From Candidatus Omnitrophota bacterium (GTDB lineage Bacteria; Omnitrophota; Gorgyraeia; Aquiviventales; Aquiviventaceae): a stretch of DNA of 64,000 bases. The notes below the pieces were generated by a model that saw only the letters and a list, made by a program, of their open reading frames with translations, had not been told where the DNA came from and ran no database searches. The position numbers and the translations under genes are program-made. Shown here piece after piece: positions 9,395 through 19,172 of this stretch; position 1 is the first letter of the stretch; every line of letters begins with the position of its first letter. The stretch lies in NCBI GenBank assembly GCA_023247255.1, contig JAHFGV010000003.1, positions 5,315 to 69,314 on the forward strand, read 5' to 3'.

Positions 9395-10359
9395 CGCTCC
9401 CCGTAGGATACGACGGCTTCTTGTAGCCGTTGAATCTTTTGGAGGGCCTGCTCATGCGGCAAGAACTCCAGCCCCGTGTTTGGGTTTACGTAGATCTGCT
9501 CAAGGGGCAGGATCTTCCGGATCACATTGAAAAGCGCATGAAGCTCAGTGACCGACTCCAGTTTCGTGTTGCGCCCATCGAGACATCCGAGAGCCAGCGT
9601 CTTTTTGATCGGCACGTGTTTCAGATTCATGATCGTCTTGGGGCTCGACACCAAATCCAATCCAATCACGTCCACCTTCGCACGCATCAGCGATCCCAAA
9701 TTTCCATTCAATGCCCCGAAGTAGGTGTACAGGGCGGTCTTTGCCTTGAGCCCTTGAGTCACAATGCCGATGGCCTCAACGGCCAAGGCCATGTTGGGCT
9801 TTGCGAATCCCAGCGCCGGCTCGTCGAACTGAATGAAGGGCGCTCCTGCGTGCTCCAAGGCCTTCGCTTCTTGGTGGAGGATCTCGGCCATCGCCCTTGT
9901 GAATTTCTGCTCGGACTTGTAATAGCGATCCTCGCTCATTTTCGCAAAGGTATAAGGACCCGGCAGAATGGCCTTCAGTGGCCGCGAAGTACATTGGGCG
10001 GCAAATTGATAGTCCCGTACCAAAATCGGGCCGGTCCATCGGGGCGCTTTATGGAGAATGGGTCGACGATAATAGATGTTGTTGTCGAACCAACGGGAAA
10101 GCCCGTTGATTTCGAACCCTTCCAGTTTTCGAGCGATGGGATTCAACAAATCCTCCCATCGAACCTGGCCATCGGTCAGAAGATCAAGTCCTGCCGTTTC
10201 TTGCTCTTGGATGACGGCTTTCGTGACTTCTTGGAAGACCCGTTCCAGTTCGGAGTCGGTAAGCTCCTTTCGCTGCCACCGACTGATGGCCCCGATCACC
10301 TTCGTCGTATAGGCGTCTTCTGCGACCTTTGGGAAATTTCCAACAGTAGTTGTAATCAT
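9391..10359 (-). CDS. MetE-like N-terminal (non-catalytic) half
   Basis: TTTVGNFPK, LLTDGQVRWED, LPGPYT, IQFDEP; Zn ligands replaced (YTYFG, PNTG). Confidence 0.85.
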   Translation of the reverse strand: MITTTVGNFPKVAEDAYTTKVIGAISRWQRKELTDSELERVFQEVTKAVIQEQETAGLDLLTDGQVRWEDLLNPIARKLEGFEINGLSRWFDNNIYYRRPILHKAPRWTGPILVRDYQFAAQCTSRPLKAILPGPYTFAKMSEDRYYKSEQKFTRAMAEILHQEAKALEHAGAPFIQFDEPALGFAKPNMALAVEAIGIVTQGLKAKTALYTYFGALNGNLGSLMRAKVDVIGLDLVSSPKTIMNLKHVPIKKTLALGCLDGRNTKLESVTELHALFNVIRKILPLEQIYVNPNTGLEFLPHEQALQKIQRLQEAVVSYGER

Positions 10360-10389
10360 CTTGTTTTTTCTCCTGCCCCCGATTTTCTG

Positions 10390-10563
10390 TTACCGTTTAC
10401 CGTCGATCTTAGGCGTCGAATCTCGAACCTGTCGGGCTTTCTGCTTCTTATCAAAACAGTCCTGACAGTTAAAAATCGGCTTGGCCAACGTCCGATTGTA
10501 GTCTTTCGCAACGACTACACGCAGCACAATGGGGCTTTCCTGTTTACAGGTATCGCATTGCAT
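10390..10563 (-). CDS. Small 57-aa zinc-ribbon-like protein (below ORF-track cutoff)
   Basis: MQCDTCKQESPIVLRVVVAKDYNRTLAKPIFNCQDCFDKKQKARQVRDSTPKIDGKR; two CxxC; co-oriented, ends 30 bp before the MetE-like gene. Confidence 0.7.
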   Translation of the reverse strand: MQCDTCKQESPIVLRVVVAKDYNRTLAKPIFNCQDCFDKKQKARQVRDSTPKIDGKR

Positions 10564-10593
10564 GGAAATTATGCTTCACAGATTTCCAACAAC

Positions 10594-10707
10594 GGGGTCA
10601 GGCATTTGTTATCTTAATTATTCGGGGTTTTCTCAGTTGCCGCGATCTTTACGCAGCAGGATGTCCACCGCAATCCCAAATAGTGAACATATTGAATGCC
10701 TGACCCT
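10594..10707. repeat. Repeat family G copy 2 (full)
   Basis: GGGGTCAGGCATT ... AATGCCTGACCCT terminal inverted repeat. Confidence 0.85.
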
Positions 10708-10777
10708 ATTTGTTTCGGTCGCCACGTCCTTCATCCAACCCCTCTCCCACAGCCGCTTCTGCACCGCCATTGCGCAC

Positions 10778-11713
10778 TCAATCAAGCACCACTTCAATGA
10801 CGGTCTCACTTCTGCGGCTCATGCGATCTCCATCGACGACAAATTCTACGGTGTATTTGCCAGCGCTGGGAAATGTTACCCATAACGACTCATCTACGTT
10901 TAACGGAGTATTATTGACAGGCTCCCCGAAGGCAAACGAGTAGCGTTGATTTGGATATTGGACTTGCCAGCCACCTCCATGTCGAATTTCCAGTCCTCCT
11001 TGAAGAAAATGTACTTGTAGCCTGGGGTGCTCTAATGAAAACCCAGATTGATTTTCAATAACCGGTGTAAAACGAAGAGGCTTGCCAGGAACATATTTCT
11101 TACGTAACACAGTTTGTGGAGTTAGCCTTAAGCTGGCGTCTGGAGCGTAACTCGAATAGTCGTCCAATTCATAAGGATATCTTTCCCCTGCAAATATCTT
11201 GTTGGCGTCAATGTGTAACGAGGAGGCATTGATGTCACGCTTCAGGGTCATGATCCGCTCCACGAATCGTCTGGCAGAGTCCTCGCGGCGCTCCATTGCT
11301 TCCCGTTCGGTTTGGCAGCTGGAGACAACCGAGACGGTTTGCCGGTACTGGCACAGTGCCAATTCCATGCAAGCGAGATGGGTCACCTGGTTCAGCGACT
11401 CCCATTCCGAGTCGTAGTCTTTCAACTCCTGGGACAGGCGCCGGTGCTTCTCCGCGGTGATGCGCCCTTTGGCCGACTGCAACTTTTCGCGCTGTACGTC
11501 GATTTCAAGTTTCACACCGCTAATTTCTCCCACGATTGGCTTGGTAGAACACAGTTGTTTCGCGTAGTCAAGCTCTTTCCGCTTGCTGCTAGCCAGTTGC
11601 GCGCAGCCGCAGGACACTAGGCCCAGCGTAAGGCATGCAGCGGCCATCATCCTACCCATATGACCACTGACCACCAACACGTCTGTACTCGATGTTCTCC
11701 TGCGTCCCATCAT
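10778..11713 (-). CDS. Hypothetical putative lipoprotein (helical N-terminus, beta-rich C-terminal domain)
   Basis: Long ORF; hydrophobic stretch ending VSCGC; no family recognised. Confidence 0.6.
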   Translation of the reverse strand: MMGRRRTSSTDVLVVSGHMGRMMAAACLTLGLVSCGCAQLASSKRKELDYAKQLCSTKPIVGEISGVKLEIDVQREKLQSAKGRITAEKHRRLSQELKDYDSEWESLNQVTHLACMELALCQYRQTVSVVSSCQTEREAMERREDSARRFVERIMTLKRDINASSLHIDANKIFAGERYPYELDDYSSYAPDASLRLTPQTVLRKKYVPGKPLRFTPVIENQSGFSLEHPRLQVHFLQGGLEIRHGGGWQVQYPNQRYSFAFGEPVNNTPLNVDESLWVTFPSAGKYTVEFVVDGDRMSRRSETVIEVVLD

Positions 11714-11752
11714 GCTACCCTTTTGGTCCCTGAGCTAAATTTCACACGATTA

Positions 11753-11820
11753 CCGCGATCTTCACGTAGCAGGATGTCCACCGTAATCCCGAATAGTGAA
11801 CATATTGAATGCCTGACCCC
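11753..11820. repeat. Repeat family G copy 3 (right half)
   Basis: CCGCGATCTT.ACG.AGCAGGATGTCCACCG.AATCCC.AATAGTGAACATATTGAATGCCTGACCC nearly identical to 10640-10706. Confidence 0.9.
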
Positions 11821-11822
11821 GT

Positions 11823-12533
11823 TTATTTGAAAAGTTGCGACCAGTGCTCGATGAGGGATGATTCCCGGATGCCAACGTATGACGCTTGGCTCAAAGCAAT
11901 CGAGCGCTGAGTCAATTGTTCCAATAGGGCTGAAGGTAACAGGCGTGTCAATCCCTCGGTTAAAGGACGCGCAAGAAATGAGCCTTGGATGAGCCAACTC
12001 TTGGAGAAGCGGCGGATGGCAAAACCTGCAACCTTGCGCTCTCCGATCATAAGGGCATAGGGACTGGGTTCCGTCAAGCAGGTGGTGATCCGCCCACTGG
12101 TTTGTGTCGTCTCAAGCAATGCATGGGCTTGGACTTTATACGTCTGACACAAGTCCACCACCGATTGACACAAGCTATTCATAATGGTTTCAAGGGTGAG
12201 TTCCAGTGTGCGAGGCGCAGTGAGAGACACCGAAACGTCTGTGCCATGAAACGCCAATCCCCCACCGGTGGGACGTTCTACGAGATCCATACCTTGCTGG
12301 CAAGCCCACTGGGTATCACACCACGACGGCAAGGGCTGTTTCCATCCATAGGAGATCGCAGGAGTCTTCCATGTAAAGAACCGCAAGGTCGATTCTGCTT
12401 TTTCTGCTAAACGCACATCCATCGCCATATGCTCATGGCCCAAGCGAGGCTCATCGACGATGATGCGCCAATAGCCTCCCTGCGTCTTAGTTGAATGCTC
12501 AAGATGTTCTGCGACTATTACCATGCGATTCAC
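11823..12533 (-). CDS. Lipoate-protein ligase/octanoyltransferase family protein
   Basis: MAMD..L, TLRFFTW..PAISYG, RPTGGG..FH, RKVAG; follows gcvP. Confidence 0.85.
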   Translation of the reverse strand: MNRMVIVAEHLEHSTKTQGGYWRIIVDEPRLGHEHMAMDVRLAEKAESTLRFFTWKTPAISYGWKQPLPSWCDTQWACQQGMDLVERPTGGGLAFHGTDVSVSLTAPRTLELTLETIMNSLCQSVVDLCQTYKVQAHALLETTQTSGRITTCLTEPSPYALMIGERKVAGFAIRRFSKSWLIQGSFLARPLTEGLTRLLPSALLEQLTQRSIALSQASYVGIRESSLIEHWSQLFK

Positions 12534-12558
12534 GAATCACGATCCACGCATGCTGAAT

Positions 12559-14031
12559 TTAATGAGCCACGGCTGTCGGTACGCTAGCAGGATTCCAGCG
12601 TAGATCTGGCTCCCGCGCTGCCTTGACTTCATCGAGCCGACCCACAGCCATCCGATGGGGAGCGCGACTCACCAGTTGGGGATCTTCTTTGGCCTCACAC
12701 GCAATCTTTCGCAGGGCCTCGGCCAGCTCATCTAGGGTTTCCTTGGATTCCGTCTCGGTCGGTTCAATCATCAGAGCCTCATCGACAATCAGAGGGAAAT
12801 AGACGGTCGGAGCATAAAAACCGTAATCCAACAAACGCTTGGCCACGTCCCAAGCAGTCAGTCCTTGGGCCTTGAGCGATTTTAGACTCAGCACAAATTC
12901 ATGCATGCAGGCTTGAGGGAAAGCCACCGGAAAAATGTCTTGGAGTTTCTTTTTGAGATAATTAGCATTCACGACCGCATGGCATCCGGCACGGGACAGC
13001 CCTTCCCGTCCCAAGGTGCGGATATAGATGTAGGCCCTGATCAATACACCGATATTGCCATAGAAGCCGTGCACACGACCGATCGATGCCTCTGAGTGTT
13101 CCGTCCACACCCACCGTTTGCCGACTCGTCGAACCCTCGGTAAAGGTAGGAATCTTTCAAGGCTCCGGGTGACTCCCACCGGTCCCGCCCCCGGGCCACC
13201 TCCTCCATGCGGCGTTGAAAACGTCTTGTGGAGATTCAGTTGCAACAGATCCACGCCCAACTCGCCGGGACGGGCGATTCCCAGCAGGGCGTTCATATTC
13301 GCTCCGTCCATGTAGACTAATGCGTCCCGCTCGTGCATCAAAGCGCAGATGCTTTTAATCTGTCTTTCAAAGAGCCCCAAGGTATTGGGGTTGGTCAGCA
13401 TCAACGCGGCAACATTAGAATTTAACCGCGCACGAAGTTCCTGCGTGTCAATCAGCCCATCCATGCCGGACTTCAACTGCACCACTTGGAATCCGGCCAG
13501 TGCCGCGGAAGCAGGGTTGGTGCCGTGGGCAGAGTCGGGGATGAGAATGATGGAACGTCTGCGCCGCTTGCGTCGATGGTAGGCGGCAATGATCTTCAAA
13601 CCCGTCAACTCTCCTTGAGCCCCGGCGGCAGGCTGAAGGGTAAAAGCAGACATGCCGGTAATGGCGCACAACAACTGCTCCAACTCATAGAGCAACCGGA
13701 GGATTCCCTGTAGCTGATCGGCCGGTTGAAACGGATGCAGCCAGGCGAATGCAGGCATGGCGGCTACCCGATCGTTCAATTTCGGATTGTATTTCATCGT
13801 GCAGGATCCCAGAGGATAACAATGAGTATCCACAGAGAAATTCAACTGGGATATGCGGGTGAAATGCCGCACGACGTCCAATTCTGACAGCTCAGGCAAA
13901 GGAAGAACTTCTGTGCGCCGTTGATCCTGAGGTAGCAGTTGCGTGATGGAACAAGTGGGTACGTCACTGGGACTCAAGCGATAACCCCGACGACCGGAAA
14001 CGGAACGCTCAAAGATCAACGGCTCCGTCAT
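12559..14031 (-). CDS. gcvPB: Glycine dehydrogenase subunit 2
   Basis: PLGSCTMKYNPK, SAHGTNPAS, LNLHKTFSTPHGGGGPG. Confidence 0.97.
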   Translation of the reverse strand: MTEPLIFERSVSGRRGYRLSPSDVPTCSITQLLPQDQRRTEVLPLPELSELDVVRHFTRISQLNFSVDTHCYPLGSCTMKYNPKLNDRVAAMPAFAWLHPFQPADQLQGILRLLYELEQLLCAITGMSAFTLQPAAGAQGELTGLKIIAAYHRRKRRRRSIILIPDSAHGTNPASAALAGFQVVQLKSGMDGLIDTQELRARLNSNVAALMLTNPNTLGLFERQIKSICALMHERDALVYMDGANMNALLGIARPGELGVDLLQLNLHKTFSTPHGGGGPGAGPVGVTRSLERFLPLPRVRRVGKRWVWTEHSEASIGRVHGFYGNIGVLIRAYIYIRTLGREGLSRAGCHAVVNANYLKKKLQDIFPVAFPQACMHEFVLSLKSLKAQGLTAWDVAKRLLDYGFYAPTVYFPLIVDEALMIEPTETESKETLDELAEALRKIACEAKEDPQLVSRAPHRMAVGRLDEVKAAREPDLRWNPASVPTAVAH

Positions 14032-15395
14032 CCTTGGAATCCTTTCAACGTTTCGATAAGCCGATCGATGGCGTCTTTGCTGATGCGCTCAGTGACGCAC
14101 CAGAGAAAGTTTTTCTCCATCGTGGGATACCAACGAGCGAGCGACAACCCGCTTAATATATTTGCCTTTGCCAAGACCCGCTGGATTTTATCCGAGTCGA
14201 TTGCGGCATCATATTGCAGAGTGAATTCGTTGAAAAAAGCCTGCGAGAAGGGAGCACTGATCCAAGGGATTTCCAGCAGCCTTCGATAGGCGTAATGGGC
14301 CTTTTCAAAATTCAACAGAGCCAGCTCCTTCATTCCCCCCGAGCCCAGAAGGCTTAGAAAAATCGTTGCCCGCAGCGCCAGCCAACCTTCGTTGGTACAG
14401 ATATTGGACGTTGCTCGCTCCCTGCGGATATGTTGCTCCCGCGTCTGAAGCGTCAGCGTGTAGCCCCGATGCCCCGCATGATCCACCGTGGCTCCGCACA
14501 GACGGCCGGGCAGGCGTCGCAGCAACTCAGCCGTCGCAGTGAATAGCCCCAGCCCGGGTCCTCCGTAAGTGATTGGGCTTCCTAAACATCGTCCCTCAGC
14601 GACGGCCAAATCCGCCCCGAAACTCCCTGGAGGCCGCAGCAACCCCAGACTGATGGGATAGACGCAAGCAACGAACAAACCTCCCATACGGTGAGCCAAC
14701 TGTCCGGCTTGTTCCATCGGCTCGAGACATCCAAACACATTGGGCTGTTGCAATACCACACAAGCCACGTCTTCTGCCGATGCCCTGTCCAAGGCTTCGA
14801 TATCGGTCAACCCGTTGACAGCAGGGATCTCTTGAAAAACCGCCTCCGATTGGCTCAGATACGTCGAGATCACTTGGCGGATATGCGGATGGACGGTCTC
14901 TGAAACCAACACGCGCGTGCGTGCACGACAGCGTAGGGCGACCAACACAGCCTCGGCCGCACTCGATGCGCCATCGTAGAGCGAGGCATTCGCCACATCC
15001 ATCTGGAACAATTGGCAGATCAACGTTTGAAACTCATAAATCGCCTGCAGGGTCCCTTGGCTTGCTTCGGCCTGATAAGGGGTATAGGGGGTGAGCCATT
15101 CTCCGCGCGATGCCAAGACATCCACCACAGTCGGCACCAGATGGTCGTAAGCGCCGGCACCCAAAAACGAAATCTGCTGATTCACAGGCCTGTTGCCCGA
15201 ACCTAGCGCCTCTGCCCATTGAAGAATTTCCTGCTCGCTCATTCCAGAAGGCACATCCAGATTGGACTGACGGAGCTTCTCAGGAACAATGGAAGAAATG
15301 AGTTCCTCGAAAGAGCTCACTCCAATGACATCTAACATTTCTTGGATTTGAGCATCCGTATTAGGCGCGTAATCCATGTCTCTTTTTTCCTTCAC
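14028..15395 (-). CDS. gcvPA: Glycine dehydrogenase subunit 1
   Basis: FLGAGAYDH, YTPYQAEASQG, TREQHIRRERATSNICTN. Confidence 0.97.
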   Translation of the reverse strand: MKEKRDMDYAPNTDAQIQEMLDVIGVSSFEELISSIVPEKLRQSNLDVPSGMSEQEILQWAEALGSGNRPVNQQISFLGAGAYDHLVPTVVDVLASRGEWLTPYTPYQAEASQGTLQAIYEFQTLICQLFQMDVANASLYDGASSAAEAVLVALRCRARTRVLVSETVHPHIRQVISTYLSQSEAVFQEIPAVNGLTDIEALDRASAEDVACVVLQQPNVFGCLEPMEQAGQLAHRMGGLFVACVYPISLGLLRPPGSFGADLAVAEGRCLGSPITYGGPGLGLFTATAELLRRLPGRLCGATVDHAGHRGYTLTLQTREQHIRRERATSNICTNEGWLALRATIFLSLLGSGGMKELALLNFEKAHYAYRRLLEIPWISAPFSQAFFNEFTLQYDAAIDSDKIQRVLAKANILSGLSLARWYPTMEKNFLWCVTERISKDAIDRLIETLKGFQG

Positions 15396-15443
15396 CTTTC
15401 ACCGGGTATCTATCACCTAACACCTGGCAGTTCTTAGCTTAAA

Positions 15444-15851
15444 TTAGTGAGTTTCCGCTTGCAGCTTTTGCCGATACGCTTCTACGCTAAGCAGGCGCGA
15501 GAATTCTTGGGAATCACTCGGCTCAATGGCGAAGAGCCAGCCCACTCCATAACAGTCTTGATTGACCCGTTGGGGCGAGCCCGTTACGGCTTCATTGACC
15601 CGTTTGATGGTTCCGGAAACCGGAGCGTAGATATCGAAAGCGGCCTTCACCGACTCAATCACCGCAACGGCTGCCGCCTGCTTGACAACGGTGCCGACCT
15701 TGGGCAGTTCGATGAAAACGATATCCCGCAATTCTTGTTGTGCATGCGCGGTGATGCCGACCACCGCCTCGGTTCCTTGAAGCTTAATCCACTCGTGGGT
15801 CGTCGTGTAACGTAGCTCTTCAGGAAATTGCATGGGGTCATCTCCCATCAT
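15444..15851 (-). CDS. gcvH: Glycine cleavage system H protein
   Basis: LRYTTTHEW, VGIT..AQ, IESVKAAFDIYAPVSG. Confidence 0.96.
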   Translation of the reverse strand: MMGDDPMQFPEELRYTTTHEWIKLQGTEAVVGITAHAQQELRDIVFIELPKVGTVVKQAAAVAVIESVKAAFDIYAPVSGTIKRVNEAVTGSPQRVNQDCYGVGWLFAIEPSDSQEFSRLLSVEAYRQKLQAETH

Positions 15852-15952
15852 TTATTGTCGATTTTCGATTGAACAGAGTTTCATGATTCCCTGGGAGGCG
15901 CCAAATCCCCCTCCCGGCATTTATTATTAACGTCTTGGGATTTGAAGGGAGA

Positions 15953-17140
15953 TCAGCCTTCAATGGCCGGAGGACAACAACGGGACGGTACATCCGCATC
16001 GCTGGCCTTGGCAGACCGATATCCCGACGATACCCCAGAAGCCGGTGAAACCGGCAAGGACTGGGCTTTCCAAAACGGCAGCTTAACCACGGTCGCTGGA
16101 TAGGTCTGAGCGCGTACCGTCAGGGTCAAGGTCGTCCCTGGCTTTGCAAAGTCCGGCTCCACGTAGCCCATGCCTAGCGGTTTGTTCATCGTCGGGCTGA
16201 AAGTACCGCTTGTGACCTGGCCAATCTTCCGATCGTTCGCTTTCAGCTCACAACCTGATCGCGGTATGGGACCCTGAGCGAGTTCAAATCCGACAAACTG
16301 TCTCACAAGCCCTCTTTGCTTCTGTTGCACAAGCGCGGGCTTTCCGATAAACTCAGTTTTATTCATCGCAACCGTCCAACCCAACCCCGCCTCTAGCGGA
16401 CTGGTTGTGGTATCCATGTCCGTGCCGTAGAGACGCAAAGCGGCTTCGACACGCAGGGTATCCCTGGCGCCTAAACCGATCGCTCCTCCTGAGCGAGCCG
16501 TCGCCACCTCCAGAATCGCATCCCACAACCGCTGGGCGTGGTAATCCGAAACGAACAGCTCAAAACCGTCGCTGCCCGTGTAGCCGGTACGGGCAATGCA
16601 GGATTCGGGTCCCATCGTTCGAATCGGGGCGATGCCAAAGCGTCCGAGGCTACTCACTCGGGCATCCAGGAGATTTTCAAGCACACGAGCAGCCAGCGGC
16701 CCCTGGATGGCCAGCATCGAACGGCCTTCGCTAATCGACGTGACTGTTGCCTGCGGGTGTCGGTGGGCCTGCAACCAATCGAAATCGCTCTGACGATTGG
16801 CGCAATTGATTATGACCAGATAATCATCGGACCCGATCCGGTAGACGATGAGATCATCCAGAATCCCTCCTTGTTCGTTCAGCATGAGGGTATAACAAGC
16901 CCGACCTTCGGCTACCTGGCTGATATCACTCACCAGCAGTCTGTTAAGCATTGCCAGGGCGCCGTCTCCGGTAACCAAGACCTGCCCCATGTGGGAAATA
17001 TCAAAGATCCCCAGCGCCTGACGGACAGCTTTGTGCTCTTCAAGGATGCTCGTGTAATACAGAGGCATTTCCCAACCGTGGAAATCGGTCATCTTCGCCC
17101 CAAGCGCTCGATGATGTTGATATAAAGCTGTTCTTTTCAT
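15953..17140 (-). CDS. gcvT: Glycine cleavage system aminomethyltransferase
   Basis: KRTALY, FDISHMG, RTGYTG.DGFE, GLGARDTLRVEA. Confidence 0.96.
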   Translation of the reverse strand: MKRTALYQHHRALGAKMTDFHGWEMPLYYTSILEEHKAVRQALGIFDISHMGQVLVTGDGALAMLNRLLVSDISQVAEGRACYTLMLNEQGGILDDLIVYRIGSDDYLVIINCANRQSDFDWLQAHRHPQATVTSISEGRSMLAIQGPLAARVLENLLDARVSSLGRFGIAPIRTMGPESCIARTGYTGSDGFELFVSDYHAQRLWDAILEVATARSGGAIGLGARDTLRVEAALRLYGTDMDTTTSPLEAGLGWTVAMNKTEFIGKPALVQQKQRGLVRQFVGFELAQGPIPRSGCELKANDRKIGQVTSGTFSPTMNKPLGMGYVEPDFAKPGTTLTLTVRAQTYPATVVKLPFWKAQSLPVSPASGVSSGYRSAKASDADVPSRCCPPAIEG

Positions 17141-17221
17141 GTTTATGGTTCCTGAATTTCTGTTAAGATCCAACCAGCCTGGGCCCATGGCCGATGGCGG
17201 GGTCGGGTTTTGAAACGAGCT

Positions 17222-18163
17222 CTACGAGCCAGCCACCGGGTTACGGCCTCTGCCAATGGTGCTGCCCAATCGAGTCTGCGCAGTGTCGAGTCGTTTGAGA
17301 ATCTCTGGAACCAGATCTTCCCATCCGAGGGGATAGAGGTGAACGCCATCCGCCACCTCGCGAATTGCTTGGATGAGTTCTACCGCCACGGCTACGCATT
17401 CCGCTCGTCGATCTTGGGATCGCTCAAACCGATCGATCAGGGCTTCTGGCACGCAAATGCCCCAGACGTGCGCGTTCATGTACCGGGCCATTTTGGCTGA
17501 TTTGACCAACAGGATTCCTGCCAGTACCGGCTTGCCAGAGGGCCTTGCCCGTTCCATAAACGCTCGGAGAGCCAAGACGTCAAAAACGGCCTGGGTTTGA
17601 AAAAACTGGGCACCACCGTCGATTTTGGCCTGAAACTTCTGCATCTCGACATCGAGGTCTTTGGCTCCAGGATCGGCGGCCGCCCCGATGCAGAACTGAG
17701 GGATTCCCACGAGATCTTTTCCAGCCATATCCTTGCCTTGCGTGAGCCCTTTGGCTACCTTCATCAAAGTTGCCGAGTTGATATCAAAAACCGGCTTGGC
17801 CTCTGGATGATCGCCAGCTTTCGGATCGTCTCCGGTCAAAAGCAACAGGTTCTGAACCCCCAATATCGAGGCACCCAGAAGATCGGCTTGGAGGGCGAGT
17901 CGATTGCGATCACGACAGGTCATTTGTAAAATCGGATCCACCCCCGCATCGAGAATGACTTTGGCCACCGCAAGGGAACAAGCTCGCATCATGGCTCCTG
18001 AGCCATCGGTGACGTTGATGGCATCCACTTGACCTCGGACAGCATCAACGGCCCGTGTGATTTCTGAAAGATCCGTCCCTTTTGGAGGATTGACCTCCAT
18101 CGTCACTAGGAAGGGTTTCTTGCCGAGTTTCTGCTGAAATCTCTCGGTGTCAACGAAGCTCAT
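17222..18163 (-). CDS. metF: 5,10-methylenetetrahydrofolate reductase
   Basis: EVNPPKG, INVTD, TCRDRNRLALQ, LTGDDP, GAQFFQTQ. Confidence 0.93.
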   Translation of the reverse strand: MSFVDTERFQQKLGKKPFLVTMEVNPPKGTDLSEITRAVDAVRGQVDAINVTDGSGAMMRACSLAVAKVILDAGVDPILQMTCRDRNRLALQADLLGASILGVQNLLLLTGDDPKAGDHPEAKPVFDINSATLMKVAKGLTQGKDMAGKDLVGIPQFCIGAAADPGAKDLDVEMQKFQAKIDGGAQFFQTQAVFDVLALRAFMERARPSGKPVLAGILLVKSAKMARYMNAHVWGICVPEALIDRFERSQDRRAECVAVAVELIQAIREVADGVHLYPLGWEDLVPEILKRLDTAQTRLGSTIGRGRNPVAGS

Positions 18164-18168
18164 CTTTG

Positions 18169-18211
18169 GGTTTGCGGGTTTGCGTGTTTGTAGGTTTACG
18201 CGTTGACGGGG
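18169..18211. repeat. Octamer tandem array upstream of metF
   Basis: ggtttgcg ggtttgcg tgtttgta ggtttacg cgttgacg. Confidence 0.75.
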
Positions 18212-18266
18212 CTGTGCGTTGGCATGCTCCCCCAAGAACGCGCCAACGGGCAAGCCCGCTCACTCG

Positions 18267-19163
18267 CTAACGCCGTTGCCACTTAAACGCCTCAACCGTA
18301 TTCTTCATCACCATCATCACGGTCACCGGGCCAACCCCTCCGGGTACAGGTGAGATATAGGCGGCACGTTTGAGCGCTTCGTCGAACTCAACGTCTCCCA
18401 CCACGCGTTTGTTGACCACGTTAATCCCGACATCGATCACAATGGCCCCGGATTTTATCCAACTTCCTTTAATCAACTGAGGCTTACCGACGGCTACCAC
18501 TAGAACATCCGCTTGCCGCACGTGAGACTCCAGGCGTCCGGCCCGATCGGTACCGACGTGGCAGATCGTCGTAGTCGCCAGCTTATCCAAAAGCAGCATG
18601 CTTACAGGTCGCCCCACAATTTCACTGTGGCCTACGACCACGGCTTCTTTTCCCTCAAGCGCAACGCCCGTTGACTCGATGAGCTCCATCACAGCCAGAG
18701 CCGTGCAGGAACCGATACGGGCTTTGGCGAAGAATCGACGCGCACAGTTGGCTGGGTGAATACCCTCCACATCCTTGCGGGGATCGATGAGGGCAGAAAC
18801 GCGTTGGGCATCGATCTGCACAGGCATGGGCTGGTGAACAAAAATCCCATGGACGCTGGGATCATCGTTCCACCATTGAATAATCCGTTCCACCTCTGGC
18901 TGGGGAATATTCCAGGGACACGAGACACTCCCTGTCTTGTAAGACTCACGGCCAGACTTATCTACCCCAGTACCAATCTCAAGAGCCGCCGCTGCAACGC
19001 GCTGCGCTTGCCAATAGACTTGGGATGCCGTCGTGTCGAAATAGAGTACCCGAAGTTGCGGATGCGCTCGTAGAACCGCAGTCTCTTCCTTCAAAAGCGT
19101 CTGCTTAATTCGTTCAGCGATTTTCCTGCCATCCAACACCTGATGCGTCCCCATCGTTCGCAA
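18267..19163 (-). CDS. folD: Methylenetetrahydrofolate dehydrogenase (FolD family, atypical cyclohydrolase residues)
   Basis: KDVEG.HP, VVVGHS.IVGRP, VIDVGIN, PVPGGVGP. Confidence 0.92.
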   Translation of the reverse strand: MRTMGTHQVLDGRKIAERIKQTLLKEETAVLRAHPQLRVLYFDTTASQVYWQAQRVAAAALEIGTGVDKSGRESYKTGSVSCPWNIPQPEVERIIQWWNDDPSVHGIFVHQPMPVQIDAQRVSALIDPRKDVEGIHPANCARRFFAKARIGSCTALAVMELIESTGVALEGKEAVVVGHSEIVGRPVSMLLLDKLATTTICHVGTDRAGRLESHVRQADVLVVAVGKPQLIKGSWIKSGAIVIDVGINVVNKRVVGDVEFDEALKRAAYISPVPGGVGPVTVMMVMKNTVEAFKWQRR

Positions 19164-19172
19164 GGATAAACG

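Noticed and set aside
10360-10593. SAM or cobalamin riboswitch upstream of metE
   Set aside because: No consensus recognised; the space is filled by the small CxxC ORF.
17141-17221. Glycine riboswitch upstream of gcvT
   Set aside because: The gap is too short and holds only an F-like end fragment (CCCCGCCATCGG, reverse).
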